Part shown: positions 1 through 9,521 of the stretch, one piece after another
Layout: the number at the start of each line of letters is the position of its first letter
Position numbering within the stretch: the first letter of the stretch is position 1
Assembly (NCBI GenBank): GCA_025210395.1
Contig: JAOARV010000031.1
Span: 66,646 to 106,645, forward strand
Length of the DNA: 40,000 nt
Direction of reading: 5' to 3'
Source of the DNA: Marinisporobacter sp.
GTDB taxonomy: Bacteria > Bacillota > Clostridia > Peptostreptococcales > Thermotaleaceae
Translations under genes and position numbers: made by a program
The notes under the pieces: model-generated
What the model saw: only the letters and a program-made list of their open reading frames with translations
Told to the model about the DNA's origin: nothing
The model's database searches: none

Positions 1-1177
1 GTTCTGAAGATGCGGCTACTTGTTCAGAGGTACCTCCTATATTTCTAATTATTTTTTTAATATCATTTTTCATTGTATCTAAAGCACCAGACATATCTCC
101 AAATTCATCTGTTTTATTCAGTAGTTCTGTAGGTATTTCTTTTGTAAAATCTCCTGTAGCAAAAATATTTAAAAGTTCTTTCATCTTTCGAATCGTTTTC
201 AAAATATGGTTAGATATATTATATAAAAATAATGTAAGCATTGAAAAAGTGATTATTCCTGCTAAAGCAATCATTTTAATGTTCTTATTTATCGCAGCAT
301 ATACACTATCCATAGGTAATCCAATATTTAAAGAACTCTTATATTCTTCACCTATTACAATAGGGATCATTACATTGTAAACGTTTACATTTTCTCCTGG
401 ATAAAAATATTCTAAAGCATATTCTTCTTTATTTTTTATAGCTTCTACCATATCTTTATTTTCAACCTTTACCCCTATTCTCTCTTGATTATTATGAGCA
501 ATAATATTTTGATCCCTATCTAAAACTGCTGCATAAACTACATTTTCTTCTTTTGCTAATCCTTCTACTAAGTTTTGATAACTAAATTCTTTTGTCAATT
601 TTTCAATTTCATCTGCTTTAATTCCTATCTGAACAAAATGTCCATCTGCACTTTTCAATGCTCCATATTTAACAAGAATACCAAACTCTGCGTCAGGTCT
701 AACGTCTTCCATTAATTCCTTCTCATTTCCTAATTTAAAATCATATAAGGGATGCCCTTCCTTTGGTATCCAACCTAAATAACCATCAGTCGTTGAATAA
801 ATAACTTCTCCTTGTGGATTAAACCAGTACAATTCACTTACTCCTAATTTTTTTAGCATATTTTTTAAATAATCACTACTTAAATAATTTCTATTTTCAA
901 TAACAACATTTCCTGCTACTCTGATTTTATTTTCAAGCATTTTATTAACCGTCTCTAAAGAAAGTGTATTGTCTTTTACCTGTACCACTACATTATTCGC
1001 AAGACCTAAACCATCTTGCTTCATCTGCTTTAATAAACTATCTCTAACAAACCAAGAAGAAATACAACCTATAGCTGTAATAGAAAAAAATATCATGATT
1101 AACGGAAATACTACGAGCTTTCTCTTTATGGATGTATTTTTTTTCTTATTTTCTCTCTTTTTCTCCTTCTTTTCCAT
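1..1177 (-). CDS. Methyl-accepting chemotaxis protein, N-terminal part (C-terminus lies beyond window start)
   Basis: Absent from the ORF track because its stop is off-window. Reverse-strand ORF opens at ATG 1177..1175 behind GGAGG (1186..1190). My translation is MEKKEKKRENKKKNTSIKRKLVVFPLIMIFFSITAIGCISS..., giving a TM helix, an extracellular Cache-like sensor of about 250 aa, a second TM (IALAGIITFSMLTLFLY), a HAMP-like segment, and the start of the MCP signalling domain (GGTSEQVAASSE) at nt 1. No in-frame stop seen. Confidence 0.8.
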   Translation of the reverse strand, partial: MEKKEKKRENKKKNTSIKRKLVVFPLIMIFFSITAIGCISSWFVRDSLLKQMKQDGLGLANNVVVQVKDNTLSLETVNKMLENKIRVAGNVVIENRNYLSSDYLKNMLKKLGVSELYWFNPQGEVIYSTTDGYLGWIPKEGHPLYDFKLGNEKELMEDVRPDAEFGILVKYGALKSADGHFVQIGIKADEIEKLTKEFSYQNLVEGLAKEENVVYAAVLDRDQNIIAHNNQERIGVKVENKDMVEAIKNKEEYALEYFYPGENVNVYNVMIPIVIGEEYKSSLNIGLPMDSVYAAINKNIKMIALAGIITFSMLTLFLYNISNHILKTIRKMKELLNIFATGDFTKEIPTELLNKTDEFGDMSGALDTMKNDIKKIIRNIGGTSEQVAASSE

Positions 1178-1512
1178 ATTTTATTCCTCCTCTCAAAATA
1201 TAGCTACCTTGTTCTCCTTTCCTTTTAGACTTATATAAATATTTAAATATAACAAGAAATTTAGATTCATCACTCTTAAAAAACAATTTATGATGAATTC
1301 TTCGAGTGCCTTAGCAATAATATATGATCTTTTATTTTTAATAATAGATTTTTTATCATTTATTATAATTTTATCCATTATTGTTAAATTTTTTTCAATT
1401 ATGCATATATTCTACACTATTCATCATTTTTCCTTTTTATTTTCCATTTCAACTTACAACGCCCTATTATTCTTTATTTGTATCATTTTCTATAACACCT
1501 ATATTTTGCACA

Positions 1513-1541
1513 AAAAAAAGTCGTACCCGCTACGACTTTTT
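1513..1541 (-). terminator. Rho-independent terminator after the DUF951 gene (A-run/T-run flanked, potentially bidirectional)
   Basis: AGTCGTA (1519..1525), loop CCCGC, TACGACT (1531..1537), flanked by A8 and T7. Starts directly after stop codon 1542..1544. Confidence 0.75.
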
Positions 1542-1736
1542 TTATATTTCTTTTCTCTCTACAATTTTCTTTACTCTCTTTTCAAGCTTTACCCTTGGAA
1601 TCCATACCTGTTTATCACAACCAAGACATCTGATTCTAAAATCTATTCCTGTTCTCATAATTTCAAATTGATCATTTCCACAAGGATGACTCTTTTTTAC
1701 TTTTATAATATCTCCTAATTTTAAATCCATGGGCAT
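1542..1736 (-). CDS. DUF951 family small protein (YyzM-like)
   Basis: 64 aa, MPMDLKLGDIIKVKKSHPCGNDQFEIMRTGIDFRIRCLGCDKQVWIPR. CxxC...CxxC-type small protein typical of DUF951, which is commonly ori-proximal next to mscS in Firmicutes. RBS AAAGGAG upstream. Confidence 0.7.
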   Translation of the reverse strand: MPMDLKLGDIIKVKKSHPCGNDQFEIMRTGIDFRIRCLGCDKQVWIPRVKLEKRVKKIVERKEI

Positions 1737-1761
1737 AAATCATACACTCCTTTCCTATATA

Positions 1762-1790
1762 ATTGCCCGAAACCAACTGTTTCGGGCAAT
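1762..1790 (-). terminator. Hairpin terminator between the MscS gene and the DUF951 gene
   Basis: ATTGCCCGAAAC (1762..1773), loop CAACT, GTTTCGGGCAAT (1779..1790): a perfect 12-bp stem. The T-run on the - strand is weak. Confidence 0.6.
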
Positions 1791-1804
1791 CTCCATAAAA
1801 TATT

Positions 1805-2680
1805 TTAACTTTTTTCGTCTCTTATGACAACTCTTCTTGGATAAGGGATTTCTATTCCTTCTTCATCAAATCTTTCTTTGATTTTTTTCCTTAATTCTCT
1901 TTCTACTGCCCACTGCTCTAGAGGAACTGTTTTGGCAATAACAGATAATACCACATCCGATTCCCCTAAATTGGTAACCCCTAAAACAGTAGGTCCTTCC
2001 ATGATTTTTTCATTTTCTTTTGCCAATTCTTCACATAATTCCTTTAAGACCTGCATAGCATTGTCTATATTTTCTTCATAAGCAATTCCTACATCTACCC
2101 AAGCTCTCATATTTCCTCTGCATTTATTGGTGACAATATCAATACTGCCATTGGGAATAATATGCAAATCCCCATTTAGATCTCGAATCGTAGTAACCCT
2201 TAGAGCCATATCTTCAATAATTCCCGATTTCGTACCAATCTCTACATGATCTCCTACTTGAAATTGATCCTCTAATAAGATAAAAAAACCTGAAATCATA
2301 TCTCGAACTAAATTCTGTGCTCCAAAACCAATTGCTAAACCCCCGATTCCAGCAGCTGCAATAAGAGAAGAGATATCAATTCCTACAGTTTGAAGAATAG
2401 GTGTAAAAGCAACAAAATAAATAGTATACCTAACAATACTATTGGTAATTCCTTTTATTGTATTGATTCTTTTCTCTTCTCCTCTGATTTTAAATTTTTC
2501 TCTATTATCAAAAAATTTATTGATCGCCATATTGGCTAAACGCACCGCTAAAACCATTGCTATAAATATTAAAATAATTTTAATGAAATCTCCTGTATAC
2601 ATACCTAATTGTTCTATATCCGTCCATAAATTAAATTTCCCCAAAATTTTTTTAAAAAACTTATTTAAAGAGACCTCCAA
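1805..2680 (-). CDS. Small-conductance mechanosensitive channel (MscS family)
   Basis: 291 aa with N-terminal TM helices and the MscS core GFGAQNLVRDMISGFFILLEDQFQVGDHVEI. TTG start at 2680 behind AGGAGGAGGAG. Confidence 0.9.
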   Translation of the reverse strand: MEVSLNKFFKKILGKFNLWTDIEQLGMYTGDFIKIILIFIAMVLAVRLANMAINKFFDNREKFKIRGEEKRINTIKGITNSIVRYTIYFVAFTPILQTVGIDISSLIAAAGIGGLAIGFGAQNLVRDMISGFFILLEDQFQVGDHVEIGTKSGIIEDMALRVTTIRDLNGDLHIIPNGSIDIVTNKCRGNMRAWVDVGIAYEENIDNAMQVLKELCEELAKENEKIMEGPTVLGVTNLGESDVVLSVIAKTVPLEQWAVERELRKKIKERFDEEGIEIPYPRRVVIRDEKS

Positions 2681-2692
2681 CCACTCCTCCTC

Positions 2693-2953
2693 CTATACGA
2701 TCTTTTTCACAAATTTGTCCTTTCCTCTTTTTTTAATCTTATATATATCCATTTTTTCTTGATCTTCTTCTAAAGCCTTCATAATCTCTGAAAAGGCTGC
2801 TAATGAAAATTTTATGGAAAGACCACAACTTGCACTAATCTCCCTAGGGGTAGGAATTGTTTCTATAGAAAATTGTTCTTTTAACCTGTTCTCTGTTTGA
2901 ATAGCATGATGAGTAGATTCAAACGCTATTACGTAAAATTCTTTTTCTAACAT
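2693..2953 (-). CDS. DUF3343 domain protein (putative Se/S carrier partner of YedF)
   Basis: 86 aa, YVIAFESTHHAIQTENRLKE...IPTPREISASCGLSIKF pattern. Immediately downstream of the yedF-like gene, a recurrent pairing. Confidence 0.65.
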   Translation of the reverse strand: MLEKEFYVIAFESTHHAIQTENRLKEQFSIETIPTPREISASCGLSIKFSLAAFSEIMKALEEDQEKMDIYKIKKRGKDKFVKKIV

Positions 2954-2965
2954 AAAATTTCCTTT

Positions 2966-3553
2966 CTATAGTGTTACTCTATTTTTTGCACCATGAAATG
3001 CATCAACAATGGAATACATATTACTCACACTACCTACAGCTAGTTTTTCTTTCAAATGGAAATAATCAAGACAAGTTCCACAAACAAGAATTTCTACTCC
3101 TTCACTTTCTAATTCCTTTAGATAATCTAAAACTTCCGATCCTTCTACGGTTAATCTTACACCACTATTCATAAATAATAAAGTTTTAGGATATGGAGTA
3201 TATTCTGTCAATGTATAGATATATCCTTTCATCAATATTTTTCCTAATTCTTCTGAGTCTTCTCCTAAAGTATCCTTGCCAAATAAAATGACTAGATCTC
3301 TATCCTCTTCACTTTGAACACTAATAATTTCTACGCCTTCTCCTCTATGGATATGAACATAATAATCTCCCTCTTCTTCTCTTGTATCCACATTGTAGTT
3401 TAGGCTCTTTGCAAGCTTTGATACATTTTGCATAGCCACTTCATTATCTACAATAGTAATGATACTACCTTCCTTTAATCCATCTAAAGCTTTCTTTGTC
3501 TCTATTACTGGTTTTGGACAGCTCATTCCTCTTGCATCTACTTGTTGATCCAT
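2966..3553 (-). CDS. yedF: YedF-type sulfurtransferase-like selenium metabolism protein (TusA-like N-domain plus DsrE-like C-domain)
   Basis: 195 aa. N-terminal VDARGMSCPKPVIETKKAL contains the TusA/SirA CPxP motif. The C-terminal half has a CGTC motif, typical of YedF. Confidence 0.75.
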   Translation of the reverse strand: MDQQVDARGMSCPKPVIETKKALDGLKEGSIITIVDNEVAMQNVSKLAKSLNYNVDTREEEGDYYVHIHRGEGVEIISVQSEEDRDLVILFGKDTLGEDSEELGKILMKGYIYTLTEYTPYPKTLLFMNSGVRLTVEGSEVLDYLKELESEGVEILVCGTCLDYFHLKEKLAVGSVSNMYSIVDAFHGAKNRVTL

Positions 3554-3679
3554 TATTATTTCCCCCTAACGTTCTATTTCTTTTATATTTTAATTTCTTC
3601 TAATTTTATTATAAGCTATATTTGGAATACACACCCTATAAATTTTTTCTATAACTAGAAAGATTTTTATAAAAAAACT

Positions 3680-4381
3680 CTATCCATTTATGACTCCTTG
3701 AAGCATTCCAACAATAGGATTATTGTAATACAAAGCTTTTGCTACAATAGACTTTTCCAGTCCTTCTACTAAAATGCCTGAATGACTCATTGCTGTAAAA
3801 GGTGTGATTACAACAAGAAAAATAAGAACGATCAATAATCCTTTCAAAAATCCAAAAATGACTCCTCCAAGACAATTAAATTGCTTCAGTACTGGTAATG
3901 TAGCTATCCCATCTAGTATATGCCCTACAATAAACAATAAAATTCTTATGACTAAAAAAATAATGACCATACTTATAAAATCTATAAACATGCGTGCAAG
4001 AATATCTGATAGATAAGTATACACGCCCGCCATAGCTTGATTACTATATTCTCTCATCATTTCACTTTTCATAAAAAGATTTTCTATCCCTTTTGGAAGC
4101 TTCAATATTTCAAAAATATTTGTATTTCCTGTCATCGTTGAAACTGCCACACTATTATCATAAGTTACTTGAACTCTTCGCCCTATTACTTCTTCTACCT
4201 TAGATAAAATAGTAGAATTCTCCATTATATATTCTGAAAGCTTTGGATAGCATATTTTTGCTACAATCCCTGCAACAATCAAGCTACTCATTTTAAAAAA
4301 GGATAAAATCAATCCATTTTTCCATCCCTTGATTACATTAATGGCAAATATAACAAGAATCAAAACATCCATCCAACTCAT
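3680..4381 (-). CDS. cvpA: CvpA family membrane protein
   Basis: Track ORF is 3680..4390. The ATG at 4381 (MSWMDVLILVIFAINVIKGWKNGL...) sits 6 nt after AGGGGTG and is preferred. Multi-TM protein with a CvpA-like N-terminus. Confidence 0.7.
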   Translation of the reverse strand: MSWMDVLILVIFAINVIKGWKNGLILSFFKMSSLIVAGIVAKICYPKLSEYIMENSTILSKVEEVIGRRVQVTYDNSVAVSTMTGNTNIFEILKLPKGIENLFMKSEMMREYSNQAMAGVYTYLSDILARMFIDFISMVIIFLVIRILLFIVGHILDGIATLPVLKQFNCLGGVIFGFLKGLLIVLIFLVVITPFTAMSHSGILVEGLEKSIVAKALYYNNPIVGMLQGVING

Positions 4382-4392
4382 ATAACACACCC

Positions 4393-5529
4393 CTACTGCT
4401 CTTTATATTTTATCTGCATGATCTCTATTTTATCTTTTAAGACCAATGATAATTGATCCTCTGAGATAATATATACAGCTTGTATATCATTATTTATTTT
4501 CTTCTCCATAACTTCTTTCCCTTTTTTCGAAATGATATATAAAGTTCGATCTGTAAAAGCAATGATATGATCCCCTTTAGTAGTAATCCCTCTTATTTCT
4601 CCTTGAATAGGAATAGGATCTACTTCTGTCTTTTCCATATCCACAATAGATATATAATTTCTATTTTTCGTATCCAATATAGATTTTTTATTATCTACAA
4701 GATGCATGATCAGAAAGCCTTGTTCATTCCAAGCAATTCGATGCATAGCATCAGCTAATTTCTTCTCCCAAACAACTCGATCTTCTTTACTAAAAACCAT
4801 CAACTGGCTATCTCCCACATTCATGAGTCTCTGATCTTGACTAAAAAACAAATTGCTTACGATTTGCTCCTCTTGATCATACTTATGCCCTCCAAGGAGT
4901 TTTCCTCCAGAAGAGTAAAGTGCTACATTTGTTTCTATTTTGTTCTTATCTACATTCATAACAGATACAGCAATCATTCCATTCTCTGCTATAGCAATCC
5001 CCATAATATTTCCATTATTCACAATAACCTTTCCTGTTTCTTTTCCTTCTTTATTGAGTATATGTATACTCCTTTTATCTTTTTCCTCACTATAAAGTAC
5101 AATCCTTCCTTCTTTATTGCATACTAAATCCCTTATAGGCTTTTCTAAGGATAAATCCCATAAAATATTTCCTTGAATATTTATAGCCGTAATCGTCCCT
5201 ACTTCTCTATCCACTAGATAAATTAAATTCTCACTTGTTTTTACGAGAGGACTTTTTACATCCTTTTCTAAACTCCATTTCTCAATTCCTTCTAAATTAA
5301 AGACCTTTAATTTATTTTTATTATAGACAATCATCTCCTTTTTAAAAGGCTGAACAATCAAATCTTTATCTTTCTCATATTGAATAGTTGCCATTTTTTG
5401 AAAATCTAACACATGATCTCCAAAGAAATTTTGAACCAATTCTACGACCTTCATTCCTCCTACAACCATAAGACACATAAAAATCAAAACAAATATCTTA
5501 AACCGTAGGGGTCTTCTTTTTCTTGCCAT
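4393..5529 (-). CDS. Membrane-anchored repeat (beta-propeller-like) protein, DUF5711-like
   Basis: 378 aa. MARKRRPLRFKIFVLIFMCLMVVGG signal-anchor followed by repetitive beta-rich segments. RBS GGAGGA. Family name recalled from memory only. Confidence 0.45.
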   Translation of the reverse strand: MARKRRPLRFKIFVLIFMCLMVVGGMKVVELVQNFFGDHVLDFQKMATIQYEKDKDLIVQPFKKEMIVYNKNKLKVFNLEGIEKWSLEKDVKSPLVKTSENLIYLVDREVGTITAINIQGNILWDLSLEKPIRDLVCNKEGRIVLYSEEKDKRSIHILNKEGKETGKVIVNNGNIMGIAIAENGMIAVSVMNVDKNKIETNVALYSSGGKLLGGHKYDQEEQIVSNLFFSQDQRLMNVGDSQLMVFSKEDRVVWEKKLADAMHRIAWNEQGFLIMHLVDNKKSILDTKNRNYISIVDMEKTEVDPIPIQGEIRGITTKGDHIIAFTDRTLYIISKKGKEVMEKKINNDIQAVYIISEDQLSLVLKDKIEIMQIKYKEQ

Positions 5530-5629
5530 TTATATTCCTCCTGCGTAAAAATACCCATTCCTCAATTTAATATTTCCATACTTTACTTTTCTATATTCTC
5601 TTAAACTTCTTCAAATCCTCTAATAATCC

Positions 5630-6667
5630 TTACTTCTTTCTTTTCTTAAATAACAATAAAAATATTAGTAAAACCCCCATATATCCAAACATTGGATAAA
5701 GGGTATGCACAAGCCTTTTAAATCCAAATTGAGCCAAAGGAATGGTTACAAGCAAAAACAACACACAAGCATATAAATGCTTGATCTTTAATCTTTTTTC
5801 CATGCTTTGTATAAAAACGAAACCATTGGCAATAGCTGTTGTAAGCATAGCAAACCATAATAAAACACCATAAATATTCCCCATATCTTCTCCAATAGTT
5901 GATGCAATAGCCATCATGGGAATTTCAACAGCTTGAATATCCTTATAAAATATTGAGGTTGACCAAAATAAAAAAAACAACATAACACCTAACAAAGCTC
6001 CTCCAAATCCTCCACCCATAACCGCATCCTTTTTACTTCTTAATAGAGGATATAAAGAGCTTAGAACCATGACTGCACATATACTATTATAACTCACATA
6101 AAGAATACAAGAAGTGATCCAGTGATCTCCCATTGTATAAACATTCCCATCCATATTATAAGTAAGAGGGTTATTTTGTGGAATGACAAAAACACCAACA
6201 GCTACAATGCCCACAATTAACAAAGGCACTATGATACTATTTACAATGCTCAGCCCCTTCATACTAAATATAAAAGTAATGAAAGCAAACCCACTCATCA
6301 AAATAATCCCTATTTCTTTTCCATATCCAAACTGCTGTTCAAATAAAGCTCCACTTCCAGCTAACATCACACAATAAAATGAAAGTAATAAAAAAGCTAA
6401 AAAAAACTCTATTACTTTTCCTAGATAAGGACCAAAAAATAAAAGCATCCAATCATGATAAGAACTAATTTTATATTCATGCACCTTTAATAAAATAATA
6501 CTTCCTATTACGCCAAATAACACAGCTGTCACAATCACCCCATAGAGTCCCTTTATTCCATACCTTGTAAAAAAACGCATCGTTTCTTGCCCAGAAGCAA
6601 ATCCCGCACCAATAAGTGTTCCTATATAAATGCTAGCAACCTTAAAAGCATTCTTTTTTGCCATCAT
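5630..6667 (-). CDS. YkvI-family membrane transporter-like protein
   Basis: 345 aa polytopic protein. N-terminal VASIYIGTLIGAGFASGQETMRFFT matches the YkvI signature. RBS AAGGAGGG. Confidence 0.7.
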   Translation of the reverse strand: MMAKKNAFKVASIYIGTLIGAGFASGQETMRFFTRYGIKGLYGVIVTAVLFGVIGSIILLKVHEYKISSYHDWMLLFFGPYLGKVIEFFLAFLLLSFYCVMLAGSGALFEQQFGYGKEIGIILMSGFAFITFIFSMKGLSIVNSIIVPLLIVGIVAVGVFVIPQNNPLTYNMDGNVYTMGDHWITSCILYVSYNSICAVMVLSSLYPLLRSKKDAVMGGGFGGALLGVMLFFLFWSTSIFYKDIQAVEIPMMAIASTIGEDMGNIYGVLLWFAMLTTAIANGFVFIQSMEKRLKIKHLYACVLFLLVTIPLAQFGFKRLVHTLYPMFGYMGVLLIFLLLFKKRKK

Positions 6668-6986
6668 ATCCCTCCTTTATGCTAATACATTTTATGTTCA
6701 CAAAAAGTTGTCTCATGATATATGAATGAGTTAGTTAATTATTTAACACCAAAATAGATATAAATTGTAAATAATTCGTTATTGATCAATCTATTCTTTT
6801 TTTACGACACAAACTGAATTTTTTAGACAATTCTCTGTATTATCAATAGTCTATACGTTTTATATCTTTTATTATTTTTTTAACAAAGTGGTTTATTTTT
6901 GAAAAAAAGTATGGTATGATAATGGTATACAAAGTTAATTTTTTAACAAATAGTTTGAAAATATTTAAGGAAAGAAGATGATATAG

Positions 6987-7097
6987 ATGTTGTTAAAATT
7001 AATCACCATGACAGCAGTTGTATTATTTGTAAGATACGTATCTACAATAAACAAAATGGAAAGAGCAAGACAACATAAAAAAAGACTTCATTATTAA
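6987..7097 (+). CDS. Candidate 36-aa small membrane peptide (hydrophobic N-half, basic C-tail)
   Basis: Below the track cutoff. My translation: MLLKLITMTAVVLFVRYVSTINKMERARQHKKRLHY*. AAGGAAAG lies about 14 nt upstream (weak spacing). The ORF ends 7 nt before hairpin 7104..7137. Confidence 0.3.
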   Translation: MLLKLITMTAVVLFVRYVSTINKMERARQHKKRLHY

Positions 7098-7103
7098 AAG
7101 ATG

Positions 7104-7137
7104 AACGCTTCTGATTTTTTTCAAAAGCGTTTTTTTG
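7104..7137. terminator. Bidirectional terminator between the small ORF and the CaCA gene
   Basis: AACGCTT (7104..7110) and AAGCGTT (7125..7131), followed by T7 on the + strand and an A/T-rich run on the other side. Confidence 0.55.
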
Positions 7138-7143
7138 TTATTT

Positions 7144-8097
7144 TCAAGAACGTAACCAAATTATATAAACCATATACACTATATAAGATAAAAACAAAAT
7201 ACTTCCTTCCATCCTAGTAATTTGATGATGGGTTTTAGAAAAAATAAATAATATACTCGTATAACCAATCATAAACAACACATCTACAAACAATTTTTCT
7301 TCTACAGAGATCGGTGAAACAATAGAAGAAGTCCCTAATACAAATAATATATTAAAAATATTACTTCCAACAATATTTCCTACAGCAAGATCACTATGCT
7401 TTTTAGCTGCTGCTGTAATACATGTAATCATTTCAGGAAGAGATGTTCCGATGGCTGCAATGGTCAATCCTACCAAGGTTTCACTGATGCCAAAATCAGT
7501 AGCAATTTTTGTACTACTCCTTACTACAAGTTCTCCTCCTACTAAAATAGCTACAAACCCTCCTAGTGTGAAAAAAAGCTTTTTTCCCATACTTATATTT
7601 ACAGCATCTTCTTCAATATTTTTTTCTCTATTATTTCTTGCTACTTCAAAAAGATAATACATAAATATAATAAAAAAAGATAATAATACCAATCCATCGC
7701 CTCTTGTTAACTGATTTTTATAAAATCCTTGTAGCTTTATATCCATCATTAAAAGTAATAATAAAATACTTGATAAAAAAGTAAATGGAATTTCTTTTCT
7801 TACGGTCTCTCTCTCCACCTTTAAAGGATTTACAATAGCTGTAATCCCTACAACAACAGATATATTAAAAAGATTGCTCCCAATAGCATTTCCTAAAGCA
7901 ATCCCCCCCATTCCTTTCATTGCTGCACGAATACTCACAGCTGCTTCAGGAGAGCTTGTACCAAAAGCAACGATCGTAAGCCCTATCAGCATTGGAGAGA
8001 TCTTTAGAAGCTTAGCAATATAAACTGCTCCTTCAACAAAATAGTCTGCTCCTTTAATCAGCAAGATAAAACCTATCACCAAAAGGATATATATCAT
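7144..8097 (-). CDS. Ca2+/Na+ antiporter (CaCA family, YrbG-like)
   Basis: 317 aa with two alpha-repeat signatures, GTSSPEAAVSI and GTSLPEMITCI. RBS AGGAGGAAAAA. Confidence 0.9.
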   Translation of the reverse strand: MIYILLVIGFILLIKGADYFVEGAVYIAKLLKISPMLIGLTIVAFGTSSPEAAVSIRAAMKGMGGIALGNAIGSNLFNISVVVGITAIVNPLKVERETVRKEIPFTFLSSILLLLLMMDIKLQGFYKNQLTRGDGLVLLSFFIIFMYYLFEVARNNREKNIEEDAVNISMGKKLFFTLGGFVAILVGGELVVRSSTKIATDFGISETLVGLTIAAIGTSLPEMITCITAAAKKHSDLAVGNIVGSNIFNILFVLGTSSIVSPISVEEKLFVDVLFMIGYTSILFIFSKTHHQITRMEGSILFLSYIVYMVYIIWLRS

Positions 8098-8214
8098 ATT
8101 TTTCCTCCTACGAACATAGTTTATATAGATTGCCTATCTTTATCTTTTGTTGTACAATTTTAATGTATTCATTTGTTTTAAAAATTTTAGGTCAATCTAA
8201 AGGGAGAGAAATTT

Positions 8215-9153
8215 ATGATCAAAAACAATACTCACAAAGGATATGTGGCTGGTTTATTATCGGCTATTTTTTTTGGTTGCTCTGGCTTATTCGTCAAAAA
8301 TGCACAAAATAGTGGCTTAGATTCTATAAGTATCTTAGTCCTTCAATATATTATTATGCTTCCAACTCTATGGAGTATATCATTTTTAAAATATAGAAAT
8401 TATATAAAAATAGATAAAAAGGATCTTTTAAAGCTCTTTTTAATAGGTATGTTTCTTCAAAGCTCTGTAAGCCGATGCTATTATGAATCCTTTAAATATT
8501 TGGATATATCTATTGCAACTATTTTATTGTTTACATATCCTATTATTGTTACCATCCTTTCACCTATTTTAGGAAAATCAAAATTAAATAAAATCATCAT
8601 ATTATCTGTAGCGATTGCTTTTATTGGATGTATTCTTATTTTAGATTTATTTCATACAGATGCATCTTTTCCATTAAAAGGCGTCTTATTAGGTCTTGGG
8701 GGGGCTTTATTTCTTGCCCTTGCCAATATGTGTCTTGAAACCTTTGAAAGTAGAATTCCACCCTTTGTTTTATTAAGCTATACATCCACAGCTATATTCT
8801 TCAATTTTTTGATTTTTAGCTTTCCATCTAACCTGTTACATGAAAGCATTAGTAGCTCTCAATGGATCAATATCGCATTACTTGCTCTTATATGCCAGAT
8901 TCCACCAAGTAGCCTGATGCTCACAGCCATTCAATATATTGGTGCTGTCAAAACAGCTATCATTGGAAATGCTGAAATTCCTGCTGCTGCAATTCTTGGA
9001 TATATCTTTTATGGAGAAACACTAAACCTTTTACAAATTGTAGGTATTTTCTTCGTTATCGGAGGAATTATATTGATGCAAAATAGTGAATATATCCAAA
9101 ATAAATTAACAGCAAACACCCTTAAACCTAGTCATCAAAAACATTCAACCTAA
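8215..9153 (+). CDS. EamA/DMT-superfamily transporter
   Basis: 312 aa, 10-TM-like, two EamA-like halves. RBS AAGGGAGAG. Confidence 0.75.
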   Translation: MIKNNTHKGYVAGLLSAIFFGCSGLFVKNAQNSGLDSISILVLQYIIMLPTLWSISFLKYRNYIKIDKKDLLKLFLIGMFLQSSVSRCYYESFKYLDISIATILLFTYPIIVTILSPILGKSKLNKIIILSVAIAFIGCILILDLFHTDASFPLKGVLLGLGGALFLALANMCLETFESRIPPFVLLSYTSTAIFFNFLIFSFPSNLLHESISSSQWINIALLALICQIPPSSLMLTAIQYIGAVKTAIIGNAEIPAAAILGYIFYGETLNLLQIVGIFFVIGGIILMQNSEYIQNKLTANTLKPSHQKHST

Positions 9154-9175
9154 TCTAATCAGATTAGGTTTTTCT
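9147..9175 (+). terminator. Rho-independent terminator of the EamA gene
   Basis: AACCTAATCT (9147..9156), loop AATC, AGATTAGGTT (9161..9170), then TTTCT. Overlaps the stop codon. Confidence 0.7.
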
Positions 9176-9262
9176 AATATTTTTAATTTGTTTATTTACT
9201 TGTAAATAAGTGTATATATATGATATATTTAGAAAAATATATTTTATGAAGGAGGATATTGG

Positions 9263-9499
9263 ATGAAAGCAAAATTTTCCAAAATTCAAGATGTAAACAA
9301 GTTTGTAAATTTCGTTTCTACATTAAAAGGAAAGGTTTATTTAAAGTCTGGAGAGATTAAAGTAAACGCAAAATCTATTATTGGAGCCATGTATATTTTA
9401 CAAGAGCATCCTGATAATATTATTGTAGAGGTTGAAGATATAAAAGAACAAAAGCTCGTTTTAAATTTCTTAATGCAAGGAGCTCATTTAGGCGAATAG
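9263..9499 (+). CDS. HPr/Crh-like small protein lacking the phospho-histidine
   Basis: 78 aa. KVNAKSIIGAMYI aligns with the Ser46 region of HPr/Crh (KVNAKSIMGLMSL in Crh). The position equivalent to His15 appears to be Gln (SKIQDVNKF). RBS GAAGGAGGA. Confidence 0.55.
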   Translation: MKAKFSKIQDVNKFVNFVSTLKGKVYLKSGEIKVNAKSIIGAMYILQEHPDNIIVEVEDIKEQKLVLNFLMQGAHLGE

Positions 9500-9521
9500 T
9501 ATATGGTTTTTCTTATATTAT

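Noticed and set aside
1193-1378. 61-aa - strand ORF with an RSYIIAKALEEFI segment reminiscent of a ribbon-helix-helix helix
   Set aside because: No Shine-Dalgarno upstream of ATG 1378. The N-terminal part is too short for an RHH fold and the C-terminal half is low-complexity. It lies in the MCP promoter region.
969-1718. Three + strand track ORFs (969..1238, 1290..1718, 1381..1671)
   Set aside because: F/I/L/S-rich low-complexity translations of AT-rich DNA. They lie partly antisense to the MCP and DUF951 genes, have no RBS, and one runs through a terminator hairpin. Judged to be shadow ORFs.
8113-8124. Second SOS-box-like sequence CGAACATAGTTT in the CaCA/EamA divergent promoter region
   Set aside because: The half-site spacing is 3 nt instead of 4 and the right half is degenerate. 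It does not fit CGAACRNRYGTTYC.
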